Shown here: positions 9,949 to 20,057 of the stretch, in pieces | Layout of the letters: every line of letters starts with the position of its first letter | How positions within the stretch are numbered: position 1 is the first letter of the stretch | DNA from: an uncultured delta proteobacterium | GTDB lineage: Bacteria; Desulfobacterota; Binatia; UBA9968 | Assembly: GCA_963816145.1 (NCBI GenBank) | Contig: CAWFJP010000029.1 | Span: 320,001 to 384,000 of the forward strand | Length of the DNA stretch: 64,000 nucleotides | Reading direction: 5' to 3' | Made by a program: the position numbers and the translations under genes | The notes under the pieces: model-generated | The model's input: only the letters and a program-made list of their open reading frames with translations | Databases searched by the model: none | What the model was told of the DNA's origin: nothing

Positions 9949-11295
9949 ATGAACTACAACGCATGGTTTCAGTGCATTAACGGCTGCCCCGGGCAATACA
10001 ATCTCCTGGAGATTATCTATCGTTGTCCGTCTTGCGGCGATCTGCTCGAAGTCCGCCATGATATGGAAGCGCTTCGCACGCGGGCGGCGGCGGGCTGGAT
10101 TAAGCTCTTCGACGAGCGAGTCAGACAAAATGTCTATCCTTACGGTTCCGGCGTCTGGGCGAAAAAAGAGTGGGTCATCCCGTTCATCGACAACGAGAAC
10201 ATCGTTTCGACTTGCGAGGGTAATACCAATCTGTTCTGGGCCAACCGTTACGGCAAGCAGATGCATCTCGAAGACCTCTGGGTCAAGCAGTGCGGCAACT
10301 CGCATACCGGGTCGTTCAAAGATCTCGGCATGACGGTTCTGGTGTCGGTGGTCAAACAGATGATCGCCAACGGCGAGCCGATCGACGCGGTGGCTTGCGC
10401 TTCGACCGGCGATACCTCTGCCGCTCTGGCCGCCTACGGCGCCGCCGCCGGAATTCCTACGGTGGTGTTCCTGCCGCGCGATAAAGTCTCGCCGGCGCAG
10501 CTAGTGCAGCCGCTTGCCAATGGCGCTTTGGTGTTGTCGCTCGACACCGATTTCGACGGTTGCATGGCCGCGGTGCAGGAAGTCACCCAGCAAAAGCGCT
10601 TGTATCTGGCCAACTCGATGAACAGCTTGCGCATCGAAGGGCAGAAAACGATTTCCCTTGAGATCGTCCAGCAGTTCGATTGGGAGGTTCCCGACTGGGT
10701 GGTCCTGCCGGGCGGCAACTTGGGTAACGTCAGCGCCTTCGGCAAGGGTTTTTTGATGATGTACGATCTTGGCTTGATCTCGAAATTACCGCGCATTTGC
10801 GTCGCTCAGGCGGAGAATGCCAATCCGCTCTATCTGTCGTACCTGGAAAATTTCGAACACTTCGAGCCGGTGACGGCGAAAAAAACCTTGGCAAGCGCGA
10901 TTCAGATCGGCAATCCAGTGAGTATCCGCAAGGCGATCTCGACGTTGCAGCGTTTCAACGGCGTCGTCGAACAGGCCTCGGAACAAGAACTGGCCGAAGA
11001 AGTGGCGCGGGCGGATCGCACCGGCATGTTCAACTGCCCTCATACCGGTGTCGCGCTGGCGGCGCTGCGCAAGCTGGTCGATAAGAAAATCATCCATGGC
11101 CGCGAACGCGTCGTGGTGATTTCAACCGCCCATGGGCTCAAGTTTGCCGATCAGAAGATCGCTTACCATGCCGGCGCTTTGCCGGGGATCAAAGCTTCCC
11201 AGGCGAACCAACCGGTGCAGGTGAGCGCCGATCCGAAAAAGATCAGCGACGCAATCTCGCGCTACGTCGAAAGGGTGCGACTGCTGGATAGCTGA
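9949..11295 (+). CDS. thrC: Threonine synthase (plant-type subfamily)
   Basis: HTGSFKDLG (PLP lysine), [32 protein letters not shown]. Confidence 0.95.
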   Translation: MNYNAWFQCINGCPGQYNLLEIIYRCPSCGDLLEVRHDMEALRTRAAAGWIKLFDERVRQNVYPYGSGVWAKKEWVIPFIDNENIVSTCEGNTNLFWANRYGKQMHLEDLWVKQCGNSHTGSFKDLGMTVLVSVVKQMIANGEPIDAVACASTGDTSAALAAYGAAAGIPTVVFLPRDKVSPAQLVQPLANGALVLSLDTDFDGCMAAVQEVTQQKRLYLANSMNSLRIEGQKTISLEIVQQFDWEVPDWVVLPGGNLGNVSAFGKGFLMMYDLGLISKLPRICVAQAENANPLYLSYLENFEHFEPVTAKKTLASAIQIGNPVSIRKAISTLQRFNGVVEQASEQELAEEVARADRTGMFNCPHTGVALAALRKLVDKKIIHGRERVVVISTAHGLKFADQKIAYHAGALPGIKASQANQPVQVSADPKKISDAISRYVERVRLLDS

Positions 11296-11319
11296 GCCGC
11301 AGGGGATAAGCGTTAAGAT

Positions 11320-11445
11320 CGGAAGGTTTGGCCGCAAAGAACGCAAAGCTCTCATAGAAAGATGACTCGGATAATTAACCGCAAAGAGCGCAAAAGGCGC
11401 AAAGAGTTGAGATTGGTAGGGGTGGGTTTCAAACCCGCCCTCACA
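11320..11445. repeat. CGCAAAG unit repeats plus GTAG-type REP
   Basis: CCGCAAAGAACGCAAAG, CCGCAAAGAGCGCAAAAGGCGCAAAG, GTAGGGGTGGGTTTCAAACCCGCCCT. Confidence 0.75.
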
Positions 11446-11475
11446 AGGCATGCGCGTTAACACAGGCAAGCAGCA

Positions 11476-12684
11476 ATGACTAAGAATTTTTCCAGTAAGA
11501 ACCCAGCCGGCAAGCCGTTTGGTTTTAGCACCTTGGCGGTGCATGGCGGCGAGCCGCGCCCCAAGCTCGGCAACTCATTGGCGACGCCGATCGTGCAAAC
11601 GGCGACCTACACGTTCGCCGATACTCAGGAACTGCACGATCACTTCCAGCATAAGATCGAGCGCGAGGAGTATGGCCGCTATGGCAATCCGACCCAACGC
11701 ATCGCCGAGCAAAAGCTCGCATCCTTGGAAGGAGCGGAGGACTGTTTACTGTTCTCCAGCGGCATGGCGGCGGTAACGACTGCGCTGTACGCGGTGTTGT
11801 CGCATAATTCCCACGTCGTGGTCACCGACGATTCTTACCGGCGCACTCGACAATTCTTGACCCAGACGCTGCAGCGTTACGGCATCGAAGTCTCGGTGGT
11901 GCCGGCGGGCGATTACCAAGCGATCGAAGAAGCGATCCGGCCGACCACGCGATGTTTGGTCAGCGAATCGCCGACCAATCCCTACAATCGCATCGTCGAC
12001 ATGGAGCGTTTTGCTGATATCGGCAAGCGCCATCGGGTGAAGACTTTGATCGATGCGACTTTTGCCACGCCGTTCAACCAGCGGCCGTTGGAGTTCGGCA
12101 TCGATCTGGTGCTCCATTCGGCGACTAAATATCTGGGTGGCCACAACGATCTGCTCGCCGGTGCCGTCCTCGGCGGCGCGGAGTTGGTCGACGGTATTCG
12201 CTCGCTGCAACATGTCACCGGCGCGATTATCGATCCCTTGGCGGCGTACTTGCTGGTGCGTGGACTCAAGACCTTCGGCCTGCGCATCGAGCGGCAGAAT
12301 GCCAATGCTCAAGGCTTGGCGGAATTTCTCGCCGGCCATCCGAAAATCGCCGCGGTGCATTACGCCGGCTTGCCAAGCCATCCCGACCACGCGATCGCGC
12401 GCCGGCAAATGCGCGGCTTCGGCGGTGTCGTGTCTTTCGAGTTCAATGGCGATCTCGATGCGACGTCGCGGGTCGTCGACGGCTGCCGCATTCCGCAGAT
12501 CGCGCCGTCGCTCGGCGGCGTCGAGAGTCTGATCGAACAGCCGGCGCTGATGAGTTTCTACGAGCTCAGCACGGAAGAACGATTGATGGTGGGCATCAAG
12601 GATAATTTGATCCGCTATTCGGTCGGCATCGAAGACACGGCGGATCTTATTGCCGATTTGGCGGCGGCTTTGGAGCAGGCGTAG
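11476..12684 (+). CDS. metB: Cystathionine gamma-synthase (Cys/Met PLP enzyme, plant-like)
   Basis: EYGRYGNPT, ESPTNP, HSATKYLGGH, IAPSLGGVESLIEQPALMS. Confidence 0.85.
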   Translation: MTKNFSSKNPAGKPFGFSTLAVHGGEPRPKLGNSLATPIVQTATYTFADTQELHDHFQHKIEREEYGRYGNPTQRIAEQKLASLEGAEDCLLFSSGMAAVTTALYAVLSHNSHVVVTDDSYRRTRQFLTQTLQRYGIEVSVVPAGDYQAIEEAIRPTTRCLVSESPTNPYNRIVDMERFADIGKRHRVKTLIDATFATPFNQRPLEFGIDLVLHSATKYLGGHNDLLAGAVLGGAELVDGIRSLQHVTGAIIDPLAAYLLVRGLKTFGLRIERQNANAQGLAEFLAGHPKIAAVHYAGLPSHPDHAIARRQMRGFGGVVSFEFNGDLDATSRVVDGCRIPQIAPSLGGVESLIEQPALMSFYELSTEERLMVGIKDNLIRYSVGIEDTADLIADLAAALEQA

Positions 12685-12696
12685 GGAAAAGAGATT

Positions 12697-13085
12697 TAAC
12701 CGCAAAGAACTTTGCGCGGCTTAGCGTCAGTCAAAGAAGATTCGGAACCAGATAATTTACCGCAAAGGGCGCCGAGAACGTAAAAACTTGTCGGAGTACC
12801 TCCCGCCAAGGCGCAAAGGTCGTAGCGTGTCATTTCGACCGACGGGAGAAATCTTTCGTGGACCCCTAGCATCCACTCGGGATGACGGCCATATGCCCGT
12901 CAGTTAGCGTCTTGGCGGGAGGAAATTCCGGATCCGGGCGCCTTCAAGTGCCAGAAGGATTTGCGCAAGCCGCGTAAATTGTGAGCTAAATTATTGCAAA
13001 GGGTGCGAAGAAAAGAAATCGATTTCCGAACTTTGCGTTCTTGGCGGCCCCTTCGATTAAACTCAGGACAGGCTTAGCGCGGCAA
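12697..13085. repeat. Large repeat mosaic including composite element copy 3 (12800-12922)
   Basis: Multiple CGCAAAG/CTTTGCG units, GTCATTTCGACCGACGGGAGAAATCT core, CCCTTCGA..CTCAGGACAGGC. Confidence 0.85.
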
Positions 13086-13174
13086 AACTCTTCACCGACC
13101 GTTGCGCACTATTCCATTCGCATCTTCGAGTTGACGACATCATCTCTGTTATTGAAGAGGCCGCCAAACCGGGG

Positions 13175-13522
13175 ATGAGAGTCGTTTTCCTCGTTCGTTA
13201 TCCCGTAGATCCCTGGGAATGGTTCCGGGACCACTGGGTGACAACAGCGTCTGCGAGAGACGCCGTGCCGGCGGGAAGGAAAGTCATGGAGAGATACTCC
13301 TGGGACGGGCAAATGGCGTTGGCAGAAGAGATGGTCACTCCGTGGCGTTCCGTTTTGCAAGAGATAGGAGTAAACGCGACCGTGACTGTTTATACCGGCA
13401 GTTTGTCAAGCGTGGGGAAAACTTATAGTCGCGAGGGCGAGATCTCACTCGTAATGCGGGCGCAGAAAAACCTTCCTGTAATGGGCTTCCTCCGTAGGCC
13501 CATCGTTGAGAGGCACAGCTAA
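13175..13522 (+). pseudogene. Probably 5'-truncated USP-like hypothetical protein
   Basis: The frame is open upstream (HLRVDDIISVIEEAAKPG-M) into the repeat mosaic with no evident start codon. Confidence 0.45.
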
Positions 13523-13909
13523 CGGCCAGCTGAAACGGCTGGTCCGTGTCAATGATCGCGGCGCTATGAAACTAGGAATGATCCGTTTGAGTTCGGAAGA
13601 CGTTCCGTGCAGCGGCCGAAATGTGTCGAGCATTCCATGCCGCAGGCAATTGGTTCAAAAGCTTCGACATTGTTAACAAAGCGACAAGTCAAGAATGAAG
13701 ACACGACGCCAAATCGCGACTAACCGTCCCAATGGCTGGTTGCCTGACGACCGCAACGGGAGCCTAACCTAACTCTAACTTGCTAACTGCTAATCTGCGC
13801 CTAAGCCTGTTGAAATCTTGATTGCGGGCTTCTGCCGGGTCAAGGTCGTTTCCCAAGAATTTTGATTGTGGCATTGTATCGGTAGCTCTTCTAAGAGCTA
13901 GGAGGCGGT

Positions 13910-14875
13910 ATGGTTTTTCGACTCGCGGTGGCGGTTTGGACGTTTGTTGCTGGGTGCAGTTTCTTAAGCCCTGTTGGCGCGCAGCCTTTGCGCATCAGTT
14001 ACTCCGGCGTTGCCGGGCAGAATCTGGCGATCTGGGTTACGTACGAAGCCGGGCTGTTCAAGAAGTACGGGCTCAATCTGGAAATGTTGATGATCGCCGG
14101 CGGGGTGACCAATCTCCAGGCGCTGATGGCGGGGGAGATCGCTTTCGTCTATCAGGGCGGAGCTTCGCCAGTGCAGGCGATTTCGCAAAACGCCGATCTG
14201 ACGATCCTCGCCACGGCTTATGGCTTGATGCCGTACGGAATCGTTACCGGCAAGGGCATTCAGACTGCCGCCGACCTCAAAGGCAAGCGCGTGGCGGTGT
14301 CGCGAGTAGGCGGCATCGAGGAGACTGCCATTCGTTTTGCGCTGGATAAACTAGGTGTTGGGGCGCGCAACGTGACCTTCATTCAAACCGGCGCTGATCC
14401 CGTGCGCATCGCCGCTGTCGAATCGGGTGTGGCCTCCGCTGCGGCGTTGGCGCCGCCCGGGCTCTTCGGCGCGACCGCGCGGGGCCTAAACTTGCTGACC
14501 GACCTTGGCACGCTCAATATTCGCTACCCGGCCTCGGTAATCTCCGCGCGCAAGACTGCGCTGACGTCGGAGCGGCCATTGGCGAAACGCTTTCTCATGG
14601 CGCTGGTCGAAGGCTTGCACGTCTATCATCAGAACAAGAGCCTGGCGATTAAAGCATTGCAGAAGTATACCCAGCAGAACAACGCCGAAATCTTGTCCAA
14701 GTCGTACGATTACTTCGTCAAGAACACGCCGCTGGTGCCGTTGTCTGACGTAGTAACGTTCGAAAACGCTCTGCCCACCGACAAGCCGAGCGAGCGGAAG
14801 CCGCAAAGCTTTTACGACAACTCGATCCTAGAAGAGCTGGTGCAAGAAGGGTTCGTGAAGAAAATCGGTCGCTGA
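13910..14875 (+). CDS. ABC substrate-binding protein, NMT1/THI5/SsuA-like
   Basis: Signal peptide, GLFKKYGL, DLKGKRVAV, GGAGG RBS. Confidence 0.9.
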   Translation: MVFRLAVAVWTFVAGCSFLSPVGAQPLRISYSGVAGQNLAIWVTYEAGLFKKYGLNLEMLMIAGGVTNLQALMAGEIAFVYQGGASPVQAISQNADLTILATAYGLMPYGIVTGKGIQTAADLKGKRVAVSRVGGIEETAIRFALDKLGVGARNVTFIQTGADPVRIAAVESGVASAAALAPPGLFGATARGLNLLTDLGTLNIRYPASVISARKTALTSERPLAKRFLMALVEGLHVYHQNKSLAIKALQKYTQQNNAEILSKSYDYFVKNTPLVPLSDVVTFENALPTDKPSERKPQSFYDNSILEELVQEGFVKKIGR

Positions 14876-15086
14876 GCTGTAATCAGGAAATCGGAATATT
14901 TCCCACAAAGGTGCCAATGCGCGAAGTTAAGAAAGAATTTATTCTCCGAACTTGGCGCCATCGCACCCCTTCGATTTTGCACAGGGCATGCTTGGCATGA
15001 GACTCATCCGGTTTCGAACCTTTCGTGTTCTTCGTGGTGAGAGAGTCTTATTGTTTATTTAATGGAAATCGTTCGAACTGAGTATC

Positions 15087-16747
15087 TCAGCCGGTGATCT
15101 CGTAGCGCACGTTGGTCGGGCCTTCGACGCGGCGGTGGGCGCCGATTTCGAAATTGTAATTGCCCTGTAAAACTTTCCCCGCGACGCGCTCGGAGCGGAG
15201 GATTAGGCCGTAGGATTTTCCTGGGCCGCCTTGTTCGGCGTGGATGTCAAAGGGTGGTACTAGGAGCCTGTCGGAGAAAGTGTTAAGGGGCAGGTATAAA
15301 AAGTTTTCAGCATGGCCATTTTTTCTGGACACCCAATTGATCGAGACTATATTGGTGTGCATGAGAACGTTCAAGTCGTACCAACCTGATCAACTTTACT
15401 TGTTGCCGCCAGCGCTTCGCGATTGGTTGCCCGAGGGGCACCTGGCGCTGTTTCTCAGCGATGTGGTGGATACGCTGGAATTGGGGCCGATCTTTGATGA
15501 CTACGAGCAGGGCGATGGGCGAGGGCAGCCGCCGTATCATCCGGCGATGATGGTGAAGCTACTGATCTATGGGTACTGCATGGGCAAGCCGTCCTCGCGC
15601 AAACTGGAGCGGGCGAGCTATGAGGAGGTGGGGTATCGGGTGTTGTGCGCAGAGCAGCATCCGGACCATGACAGCATCGCCGAGTTTCGCAAGCGCCATC
15701 TTAAAGCGTTAGCCGGACTGTTTGTGCAGGTGCTGCGGCTGTGTCAGAGAGCGGGGCTGGTGAAGTTGGGGCATGTAGCGCTGGACGGGACCAAGGTCAA
15801 GGCCAACGCATCCAAGCACAAGGCGATGAGCTACGAGCGGATGTGCAAAGCGGAGCAGGAATTAGAGCTTGAGGTCAAGCGGCTGCTGGAGCTGGCCGAG
15901 AAGGTCGATGGGGCGGAAGACCAGGAGTTTGGGGAAAAGCGCGGGGATGAGTTACCGGCGGAGTTGGCGCGGCGAGAGAGCCGGCTTGCCAAGATTCGTC
16001 AAGCGAAGGCTGAGCTGGAAGAGGAGGCGCGCCAGCGCGCCGAGCAGGCTGCGGCCCAGGCGCAAGCAGAGATTGAAGAGCGACGGCTCAAGGAAGAGCA
16101 GACGGGGAACAAGGCCAAGGGGCGAGAGCCCAAGATAAACGATCCCCAACAAAGCGTGCCCCAACCCAAAGCACAGAGAAACTTTACCGATCGGGATTCA
16201 CGGATCATGAAGGACGGGGCGACGGGGGGCTTTGTTCAAGGGTACAATTGCCAAGCGGTGGTCGATAGCCATGCCCAGATCATCGTGGCGGCGGCGCTCA
16301 CGCAACAGGCCAATGACAAGCAGCAGTCCGGTCGACTTTGCCGGGAGTGCCTTGGGTGATGCTTTCGATCTCTAATTTAGCGTATCCTTCTTTGGTGCCG
16401 TCGTCGACTCGACGATAGCGCTCCAGTGTTTCCGTTCCTTCGAGCAGTCCGTAGGCGGTCCAAGATTGGGCGTGATCGTGGATGCTGCCTTTGCGATTGG
16501 CGCCATGCACCACGCCGTTGATGGCAAAGCCAAAGTCGGGGTCTTCATAGAAAAGCAGATTGCGCCGGCCGCCGTCGGTGTCGGGCCAAGTTTTGCAGGT
16601 CTGGCGCATGGACTCGTCTTTGACCAGCGTTTCGAGTAAATCGCGGCCCTTTTTCATCCGCAATTCGGTGTCCGGGAGTGTCGCCCAGGCGTGTCGCAAA
16701 TCTTGAATGAATTTTTCGAATGCCGGGAGCCGTTTCGCAGTCGACAT
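15087..16747 (-). pseudogene. Cysteine dioxygenase-like cupin split by IS1182
   Basis: 5' part 16747-16331 ends GKVD and 3' part 15263-15087 starts LVPPFDIH. The joined protein is colinear with paralog 16888-17469. Confidence 0.9.
15264..16329 (+). mobile_element. IS1182-family element, right-truncated (transposase from 15361)
   Basis: LLPPALRDWLPEGHLA, YHPAMMVKLLIYGY, PDHDSIAEFRKRH, LDGTKVKANAS, TDRDSRIM, GYNCQ. Breaks off at ANDKQQ. The left end GAGCCTGTCGGA follows CTAG. Confidence 0.9.
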
Positions 16748-16799
16748 TGTAACCTCCGTTTGACCTGCTTCTTGGTATTCAAGATTAAAAGAGGACAAT

Positions 16800-16875
16800 T
16801 ATTCACCACAGAGGCACAGAGCTCACAGAGTTCGGAAAAGATACTGCCTCTGTGTTCTCGGCGTCTCTGCGGTGC
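16800..16875. repeat. Palindromic CACAGAG unit repeat
   Basis: CACCACAGAGGCACAGAGCTCACAGAG...CTCTGTGTTCTCGGCGTCTCTGCGGTG. Confidence 0.75.
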
Positions 16876-16887
16876 AATCTCCGATCC

Positions 16888-17469
16888 CTATTTGATTTCG
16901 TAAGGGATGTTGGTCGGGCCTTCGACCTGGCGATGCAGGTTGCCTTCGATGCTGTAGCTGCCTTGCAGCACTTTGCCGGCGACGCGTTCGGAGCGCAAGA
17001 TTACGGCGACCGAGCGTGTCGGGCCGCCTTGTTCGGCGTGGATGTCGAAGGGCGGCACGAGATCGACCTTGCCGGCATTGCCTTCGGTAACGCTTTCCAG
17101 TTCCAGTTTGGCATAGCCTTCTTTTGAGCGATCATCGACGCGGCGATAGCGTTCCAAACTTTCCGTGCCGTCGAGCACGCCGTAGGCGGTCCAGGCGTGG
17201 GCATGATCGTGAATGCTGCCTTTGCGGCCGGGTACGCGGACGACGCCGTTGATGGCAAAGCCGCATTCTTCATCTTCGTGGAACAGCAGATTCTTTCTGC
17301 CTTCGGTGGATGGCCAGGTTTTTGACGCCTGGCGCAACGACTCGTCCTTGACCAATCCTTCGAGCAGCTCGCGCCCCCTTTTCATGCGTGCTTCGGTGTT
17401 GGAAAGCTCTTTCCAGGCCGCGCGCAAATCATCGATGAACTTTTGAAACGCCGGGATATGTTTACTCAT
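16888..17469 (-). CDS. Cysteine dioxygenase-like cupin metalloprotein
   Basis: IHDHAHAW...G.E...DIH three-His cupin pattern, GAGGAGGT RBS. Confidence 0.8.
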   Translation of the reverse strand: MSKHIPAFQKFIDDLRAAWKELSNTEARMKRGRELLEGLVKDESLRQASKTWPSTEGRKNLLFHEDEECGFAINGVVRVPGRKGSIHDHAHAWTAYGVLDGTESLERYRRVDDRSKEGYAKLELESVTEGNAGKVDLVPPFDIHAEQGGPTRSVAVILRSERVAGKVLQGSYSIEGNLHRQVEGPTNIPYEIK

Positions 17470-17555
17470 GTTACCTCCTCATCGGAAATTCCCCCCGCAA
17501 AGGCACGATATCGCCAAGGTCGGAACGGGAATTAGAGTTTTTGCTAAATCTAATG

Positions 17556-18533
17556 CTATTTAATCATCTCTCGGCGGACTTCTTCAAGCGGTCGGAAGTC
17601 GACGATCTTATTCAGCGGAACATCGCCGATGCTTTTGTCGGCGCGCTGCATCTGGCTCATGTGGACTTTCAGTCCGGCGTCGCTCGCGGCGCCGTCTTTG
17701 CTGAAGGACTTCGCCAGCGATGCGTAGGACTCCTTGGCTGTGTTGGCATCGACGCGCCACTCCCGTTCGAGGATCTGGATCGATTCCTCCGGTCTTTCGC
17801 GCGCGAAGATCAGTCCGCGATAGAGTCCGCGCAGCAAGCGTTTGGTGAGATCGCGCTTTTCACTGAGTTGGCGTTCGGTGGTGGTAAAACCGTTGCTGGG
17901 AAACTCGATGGCGTCGCCCAGGAAAAGCAGTTCGCGGAAGCCTTTTTGTCTGAGAAGCACATTGTCCGGAGGGATGGCGATGGTGGCGTCGACCGAGCCG
18001 GCGGCGAGTGCGGCGACCCGGGTGCTCGGCAGGCCGATCATGATCAGCACGGCGTCCCGCTGGGCGTCCATGCCTTCACGTGTAAAGGCGATCTTGGTGG
18101 CCAATTCGATGGTATCGCCGAAGCGGACGATGCCGATGTATTTACCGCGCAGCTCTAGAATCGACTTGAACTGCGGTTTGGCCATCAAGAAATAGTTGGG
18201 CCGCGCCGCGCCAAAAAAGATCGTCTTGATCGGCGCGCCCTTGGCAGCAAGGCGCAGTGCCGAGTCGGCGACGCCGTGGTAGTCGACGTCGCCGGAAAGT
18301 AGCGCGTTATGGGCTAGCTGCGGCAGCATGATCGGCGTGTCGATGTCGATGTTGTCGTCTTTGAAGAAGCCTCTATGGATCGCGACGTAGAGCGGCAAGT
18401 AGCCCATCGATTTGGCGGGCAGCGCCAGGCGAACACGATCCGCGGCGCGGCATTCTTCGAAACCGCCATTGCCAATAACGATGAGAAACGCAGTTAGGAT
18501 TTTTGAGATATTCCACCGCATCAGATTTGTCAC
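17556..18533 (-). CDS. ABC substrate-binding protein, NMT1/THI5/SsuA-like
   Basis: YLPLYVAIHRGFF, ELRGKYIGI, RVAALAAGSVDA. Confidence 0.9.
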   Translation of the reverse strand: MTNLMRWNISKILTAFLIVIGNGGFEECRAADRVRLALPAKSMGYLPLYVAIHRGFFKDDNIDIDTPIMLPQLAHNALLSGDVDYHGVADSALRLAAKGAPIKTIFFGAARPNYFLMAKPQFKSILELRGKYIGIVRFGDTIELATKIAFTREGMDAQRDAVLIMIGLPSTRVAALAAGSVDATIAIPPDNVLLRQKGFRELLFLGDAIEFPSNGFTTTERQLSEKRDLTKRLLRGLYRGLIFARERPEESIQILEREWRVDANTAKESYASLAKSFSKDGAASDAGLKVHMSQMQRADKSIGDVPLNKIVDFRPLEEVRREMIK

Positions 18534-18716
18534 TTACCGCGGCGTTACGGAGACGGCTTGGGCGCGGTAGCCGACATTCAAGCGCTCGAGTTGCGGTGTC
18601 TCGGCGGCGGAGGCCTCTATCGGCACCAGTAGGGCAACTTGAAGGAAAGTCCGCTTGATGATTCGAACTTCCCCCTTTGGGAAAGGGGGAACGAGGGGAT
18701 TGTGGAAATGGTCCAC
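18534..18716 (-). pseudogene. N-terminal remnant of a substrate-binding protein
   Basis: Signal-like stretch, then ERLNVGY (typical SBP first strand), then a stop. Confidence 0.45.
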
Positions 18717-18780
18717 TTAAGAAAATCCCCCCCTCCCCCCTTTTTTAAAGGGGGGATTGTTCGGATCAACGGGGGGATTT
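18668..18780. repeat. CCCCCTTT..AAAGGGGG palindromic repeats
   Basis: Two inverted copies: TCCCCCTTTGGGAAAGGGGGA and CCCCCTTTTTTAAAGGGGG. Confidence 0.8.
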
Positions 18781-18803
18781 GTTCTGCTATTTGGCGCAGT
18801 ACA

Positions 18804-19241
18804 CTACCCATTCGCTCGTGCTCTCGCTTTCTTCTCTTCCGGCGCTTTGATTCGGTCAAGCTGCTTGAGCGCGAAGTCGCCGTGGCCGACTTCTTTGTCG
18901 GTGGCGCTGAAGCGCGGGTTACCGGCCGGTTCGGCGCGGGCGCCAAGTAGGATCATGTACTCGTCGCCGGTGTTGTCGAGTTGATAAAGCTGGCCGGCGG
19001 GAATCGTCACCAGCATGCCGGGATTGAGAGCCCGCGACGTGCCGTCGGAAAAGTGAAAAGTGCACTGGCCTTGAATGCAGTAGAACTGCTGGTCGGCGGT
19101 GTGCTTGTGCATCGGCCCCTTGGTGCCGGGATAGTCGCCGTGGACCCAGGTGTGAAACTGGTCCGAGGTGAACAGCACCTTTTTGCTGTGGCCGATCTCT
19201 AACTCCGGTTCTTTCAGTATATCGATAAATTCTGCAGCCAT
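18804..19241 (-). CDS. Cupin domain protein
   Basis: PMHKHTADQQFYCIQG, PGMLVTIPAG, LDNTG, AGGAGG RBS. Confidence 0.85.
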   Translation of the reverse strand: MAAEFIDILKEPELEIGHSKKVLFTSDQFHTWVHGDYPGTKGPMHKHTADQQFYCIQGQCTFHFSDGTSRALNPGMLVTIPAGQLYQLDNTGDEYMILLGARAEPAGNPRFSATDKEVGHGDFALKQLDRIKAPEEKKARARANG

Positions 19242-19329
19242 AAGTTCCTCCTTGCTTATATGACTATTTCTTAAAACTTACAGGGCGGTTATACCTTGCC
19301 AAAGTCCTACCGTCCAGGAATCGGATGTT

Positions 19330-19450
19330 TCTCCCGCAAAGGCGCGAAGCTCGCAAAGTTCGGAGATTTATGGCGAAGAAGTTCTTTAAGAAAGTTCATT
19401 GGTCCAGTGTGAGCTTAGCGTCTTTGCGCCTTTGCGGGAGAAATTCCGAA
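19330..19450. repeat. CGCAAAG/CTTTGCG palindromic repeat
   Basis: TTTCTCCCGCAAAGGCGCGAAG...CTTTGCGCCTTTGCGGGAGAAA. Confidence 0.8.
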
Positions 19451-19480
19451 TCTCCCTTGCCGTTTCGCTACACCTGATGA

Positions 19481-20038
19481 TTAACGCTTGCTTTGGCGAA
19501 ATTTCTCCCACGCGGCGATGCCGGCTTTGACCGCGCGCACGTCGCCGTCGCCGCGGTGCCCGGCGCTGCCGACGGCGCCGACGATGATATCGTCGACGAT
19601 CAGCGGAAAGCCGCCGGGGATTAAGATAATCTGTCCTTCCATCAGGCTCAGCGCGCTATGAAATCGTTGCGGATTGGTTTTGATCTGATCACCGGATTCG
19701 GCGGTGGACTGCTGTAAGGTGGCGGCGCCCACCGCTTTGCCGATGGCGAACCTTACCCAAAAGCCCGAAGTGCCGTCCATGGCGTCGAGCGAAACCAAAT
19801 TGCCGTTGAAGTCGACGACAGCGATGGCGGCGCGGCCGTTTTCCGCTTTGACCAGGGCTTTCGCCGCTTCGACGATGACGCGCGCTTCTTCCAGCGGCAG
19901 AGCGGTGGGCACGCGAATGAGCGGGCGCGCGGCACGATCGTTCGGCGCCGGCGCCGGTTTATCTTGTGCTTGCACAGACACCGAGGAGGCGGCGATGAGC
20001 GCGAACAAAAGAGTGGCAGAGAGTATTCCTGGTTTCAT
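19481..20038 (-). CDS. Secreted GlcG/HbpS-like heme-binding protein
   Basis: Signal peptide, AIAVVDFNG, AMDG, AIGKA, GGFPLIVD..VGAVGSAG. Confidence 0.85.
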   Translation of the reverse strand: MKPGILSATLLFALIAASSVSVQAQDKPAPAPNDRAARPLIRVPTALPLEEARVIVEAAKALVKAENGRAAIAVVDFNGNLVSLDAMDGTSGFWVRFAIGKAVGAATLQQSTAESGDQIKTNPQRFHSALSLMEGQIILIPGGFPLIVDDIIVGAVGSAGHRGDGDVRAVKAGIAAWEKFRQSKR

Positions 20039-20057
20039 AACAATTTTCCTCCTCTGA

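Noticed and set aside
11746-12705. Long antisense ORFs (319 aa here, also 456-1142, 2445-3194, 61416-62144 and others)
   Set aside because: These are shadow frames of high-GC genes and have no independent motifs.
13764-13815. CTAAC-type short tandem run and an IS-end-like TAAGCCTGTTGAAA
   Set aside because: Degenerate, with no partner end or transposase nearby. Not enough for a call.
18617-18984. Several overlapping small ORFs across the CCCCCTTT repeats
   Set aside because: They are translations of repeat DNA or shadows of the cupin gene.
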